A DNA stretch of 64,000 nucleotides from the NCBI RefSeq assembly GCF_009914755.1, contig NC_060930.1; one strand, given 5' to 3'. This DNA comes from the human T2T-CHM13v2.0 reference genome, Homo sapiens. The notes under the pieces are model-generated. The model made no database searches, was not told the DNA's origin, and saw nothing but the letters and a program-made list of their open reading frames with translations. Positions 58,781 through 64,000 of this stretch are shown piece after piece; position 1 is the first letter of the stretch, and each line of letters starts with the position of its first letter. A program made the position numbers and the translations under genes.

Positions 58781-61700
58781 GAAAGACAGACACGACAGTT
58801 TCAAGTTGGACTCAGAATACCACTTGGGCACATGGAACTCTGGAGGAGAAGGTCCTCAATGCTTCTGACTGGACTGGGCCAGGGAGCTACTGCCCCCAAT
58901 TAAAAAAGTTTGCCACTATTCAGAGTACTTCCAGGAGCAAATTACAAACTTGTGAAACTTACTGAGTTAATTGATGTCAATAGGATTTTAATTCATTAAT
59001 TAAGAATAATTAGTTACAACTTCACTACTCAAATAATTTTAAATCATTAAGACAGTTTTCATAGTAGCTTCCTTACTTCTGGGTACTAGAAGAGAATTCA
59101 ATTCAATATACTCTGTTCCCGTTGGTAAGGTTTTTTTATTCCAAAGAATTTTCAGCGTATTGCTTACCCAGTGGAAGAATGTAGGGATCTCTGGAACTGT
59201 AAATAGAGTTAACATCACTTAAACAATCCCTAGAGGAATCTGAGCTAATTTAAGGAGTGGACCTTTTTGCTAAGATTTCAGTGGAGGTCTGGAATTTTAA
59301 CAAGTTATTATAATAAACTCAGAAAAACAGACAAGTCTAACTACAATTTTCAGGTTTATGGGAGAACTAATTTCTTTATGGCTTTTTTTCTGGTCATAAA
59401 AATAATACATATAAAAAACAAAAAGATGATTTAGAGATATTATTATTCATCTGGCAATTATTTGTTGAGTACCAAAGTAGGGGAGAAAAACTAAAACCAG
59501 ACACAAGTGTGAAGGATCGGTTACTTCACTATAACATTTCAAGCTTTTTAATTTTCTATTGTGTAACCAGTATAAAATAGCTATATGGGAAGGCTTCTTT
59601 GTTCTTTTGTTTTTAACACAATAGAGTTACTTTGTCCTGCCGTCCTTATAATCTCTCATGTATGGGTCACTCTTAATTATTTTATTTTGTTCAACAGTAT
59701 CCTGATTGCAGAAGTCTCTTAGCCTGACATAAATTCAAGCTGTAAAATCTAGAACCTGTATTTTTAAAAATAAATAAACTTTTAAAAGACCACTTTAAAA
59801 TGGAATACAATAATTACGAAATTATGATTGTAAATATATGTTAAATATAAAAGTGGAAAAAGCAACATTTAAATCAGTATATTTAATAAGTGTTATAAGT
59901 AAATTAATAAATATTTTAAGTTGACATTTAACTATTTTGCTTATATCTCAAAAGTTTAACACTTCAGGTTGTCCCAAACACACTTTTGAAAATGTGCTTT
60001 AGAAAAACGGGAAAATCATATTATATTTGGACATATCTAGACCAAATTAAAATTGGTCTTTTTTCCTCTACTTTGCGGCATAAACAAGGTATTTCTTAAA
60101 CAGCCCTAATATTTTGTAGTGTTATTTTGGGGGAATCTATTTTTAACATACTACCTAAAACTGAACTCAGAAAAAAATCTTACAGACTTTTTTTACAAGC
60201 AAGACTTAAAAGTTTTTAAAACCCTAGTAGAATAACCAATCTCTACTTTCATTATAGTAATTGACACTAGTTTTTTAATGTTCTATGCACCTTGAATCAC
60301 CAGTTACTACAATGAAAACACAAAGAGCCACCTGAATATCAAATACATGCATTATTACAAGTGCTCACACGGAATATGAGATGAATTACTGATGAACAAA
60401 GCATCTAAAATCAACTTATACTCCTCATGCATATGCTGTGGATGATGACAAAAGAAATTATGAAAAGATATATATATGATATACATGAATCTATATTCTC
60501 TAATTGAGACATTATACAAATCTTTATAATAGACTTTATATTAATTAATTACGTACTTTTTTCCATTACAGTAATCTCCTAATGAAGTTATGGAGCAAAC
60601 TTCAGCTTTAGCAAAGTTGGGCAAGTTATTTATACTGCGAAAGATAGCTGAAGGATAACTGTTTTCAACTGAGACCAAAAGACATAGTAGTTAGCATTTA
60701 TTTTCATAATCTTAAAAAGGCATACAATTTCGGTAGGAGGCAGTAGTTATAGTGACACTAAGGGAGATGGTAGATTGGGAGCATTCAATCAGCATTCGGG
60801 GAGAATAGAGAGAAAAGGCAATATCAAGAGAATTCGTCACCACAGTTGTCTGGATGCTGTTGCCTTCTTTGCTCACCCTTGAAGGTCAGTCTGGTTCTGG
60901 CCCAGGCCCAAGATCTAAGTTTCAGATCACGGCAGGCTTAGGAGAACAGTGCAGACTGGAACATCTAATCCCACCCCAGCTTGCCCTAAGATGGCCCCTG
61001 AATTTGTTCAGCTCCTGGGCCTGCTGCCGTCCTAACTTGCCTGAAACTGTTTTCCAAAAAATTAGAGCATAGATGAGCAATGCCACGTTAGCTTCAGTTT
61101 TGATTTTGGGTGTTACCACATAATTTTTTTAAAAGAATTTTTATCTTCCCACATACCAACTTTTAGAACAGATGGCTTAAAATGTCTTAGAGGAAATTAG
61201 TTGTAATCAGCAGATGAGAGTGTGTCTCCTTGTTTTCGTGGCAGAGGTAGCTATCACCCCTTAAGTACCTATCTGCTACATGTGAACTGGCACCAGGCAT
61301 TGTAGTTTTTCTGTTGCATTTTCATCCAGAGGGTTATGATGGGCTTCGTTAAAATGATTTGGTACACATGTGGGCATTTGCCTGCAAGTATAACCTCTGT
61401 GAAGAGGTAAACTGTATAGGCTTCAAGGTGGCTTTCTGCTGAGGTGGCTGCCAGCCTCCCTGGAGAAGGTGTCAGCTGAAGACCTCAAGTAAGAGCCACA
61501 GTGAAGCTCATATGCCTTGATCTCTTTTCTGATCCTGGCAAAAGGCCAGCTGTGGAGTACTGCTGCAGTCAGGAGCTGGGGGGGTTGGCAGATTGCCAGA
61601 TAAGGGGCCATACTGTCATTTATAAGGCAATGGCTTTTATAGATCTCTAGTAACCCATACTCCTACTTACTTGAACACTATGATTTCTGGGAGAAAAAAG

Positions 61701-61967
61701 AGCCAGATAACTTTCCCATTGGAATAAAACCAAAACAAACACTGTATTTAGGTTCACAGGATCTATATTGAATGTCTTTTCAAAGTACTTCATACTTATT
61801 TCAGTCAATATCCTTTGCCTGATCCTGTGTCCACAACACACATGCCTCCTGAGTCTTAAGATGCTCCTTGCTCCTCTAGACACCTTTGAAGATACTCTCA
61901 TTCCACTACGCCTGGGGCCATGTAATGTCTGTAATTGCCTCATTAACTCTCACCTTGAGTTCTCTGA

Positions 61968-62344
<377 letters not shown>

Positions 62345-63328
62345 AAGGTGTCAGAATTTTCAAAGGAAAAATGGAATATTGATAAACTGAGTAAAATATG
62401 ATTACCATATAATGTCATCTTAAGATGTTCTTGTAGTTTCAAACTTGTATAAACAAAATTGGTATTTATACATGTGTCCTATTAATGCACACGAGAGTAG
62501 ATTAGAACCTATATCCAGAGTATTTTTTCTTGTGCCTTGAAAAACCAACTTAAAAATAAGGTATTTCAAAATTTGGTTTCTAAATACGTTTCAATAAGGT
62601 TTGTTATTATTCTTTTTCTTTTAAAATTACATTTTTATAAATAATAAAATTTTAATTGTGCTCCAGTTAACTATTAATAAATATTCAGAATCCTTAAGGG
62701 TTTATTTTAGTTAAAATGTTTAGGACTAATGCATTAGTAAATTGAAATTTGGATACAGGAATTGCCTGGATCTTTGTTTTACAAAAAAAATCAGAAAAAA
62801 GTAATACCAACCCTATAAAATCCTAAATCTCTAATAATGTAAATATATTATTAGTGGTAATGTTATTTGTTGAGTTTAAGAGTATATTTAATTTTATAGA
62901 ACAATAAAATATTTTGATATAGAATATTCAGGGAAAAAATAGAGAAGGAAGACAATTGTAAGTCGGAGAGAAACTGGGATCTGTCTATAATGACTGTGTT
63001 AAAGAATAGCACTAAAGCCACCTCATAAACCAATGACGTTGTATCACGAAATGACTTTTAAGTTGATGGAGCTGCAGCAAATAAGTTCAAAGCAAGAGGT
63101 GCCAGCACCAGAGACTTGGGTTTTGATACAGCTCTGCTCCCTACTGGCTTATCATTGGGATCAAATAGGATCATTGCAGTACTATCTCATAAAGCCATTG
63201 TGAGGAATAAATAGGATCATGTTGGAAAAGTGCTTCACAAGTTTTAGGTAATCTAATCTTGCTAAGAAAAGGGGCGAATAATTCACAAGAAAAACCAGAG
63301 TAATGATAAAAGGTATTATTGCATGCTA

Positions 63329-63709
<381 letters not shown>

Positions 63710-64000
63710 AATAGTATGAGTTATTATTATCTCCATTTCATAGATGAGGCAAATGAGTCATAGAGAGGTGCCAGGAGACATAGTTAATTAGTGGCAGAGT
63801 AGGAATTCAAAGACAGTTCCACCTGACTCTAGAATCTGAGCACTTTAATATTAGCTATAGTATATTAAAAAGTTCAACTTCATTAGTAAGTAAAGATTTA
63901 ACAATTAAAACATATGGACATGGGAGTGCAAAGGAATGATAAACATCAAATTCCAGTTGTCTCTGTAGAGGGAGGGAGGAAGGCATTGGAATGGATTTGG

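Overview
Primate (human-like) genomic DNA containing the 5' part of CEP85L (C6orf204) on the minus strand. It includes a CpG-island first coding exon (52354-52426, [12 protein letters not shown]...), an alternative first coding exon (53857-53938, MIWRNNWKSTTG...) and the 159-nt exon 2 (33593-33751). The rest is intron or flank dominated by repeats. Intron 2 holds a full-length but disabled gammaretrovirus-like provirus on the + strand (18246-27947; LTR30/HERV30-type, ERV9/HERV-W clade) with a 4-bp TSD, tRNA-Arg PBS and gag-pro-pol-env, inserted into an old L1. It also holds a MER41A-flanked element on the - strand (2705-9191) whose LTRs are cut down to R-U5 and U3-R. Main leads: (1) two extra ORF remnants in the provirus, a ~284-codon pre-gag ORF and a small two-helix membrane ORF tiled between pol and env; (2) the MER41 element looks like an L1-made processed copy of retroviral RNA; (3) CEP85L exon 2 encodes a YAP/TAZ-like HxRxxS plus D-T-G-x-x-T phosphodegron layout. 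Repeat family names come from recalled consensus sequences, not a database search, and repeat boundaries are approximate unless a TSD is given.
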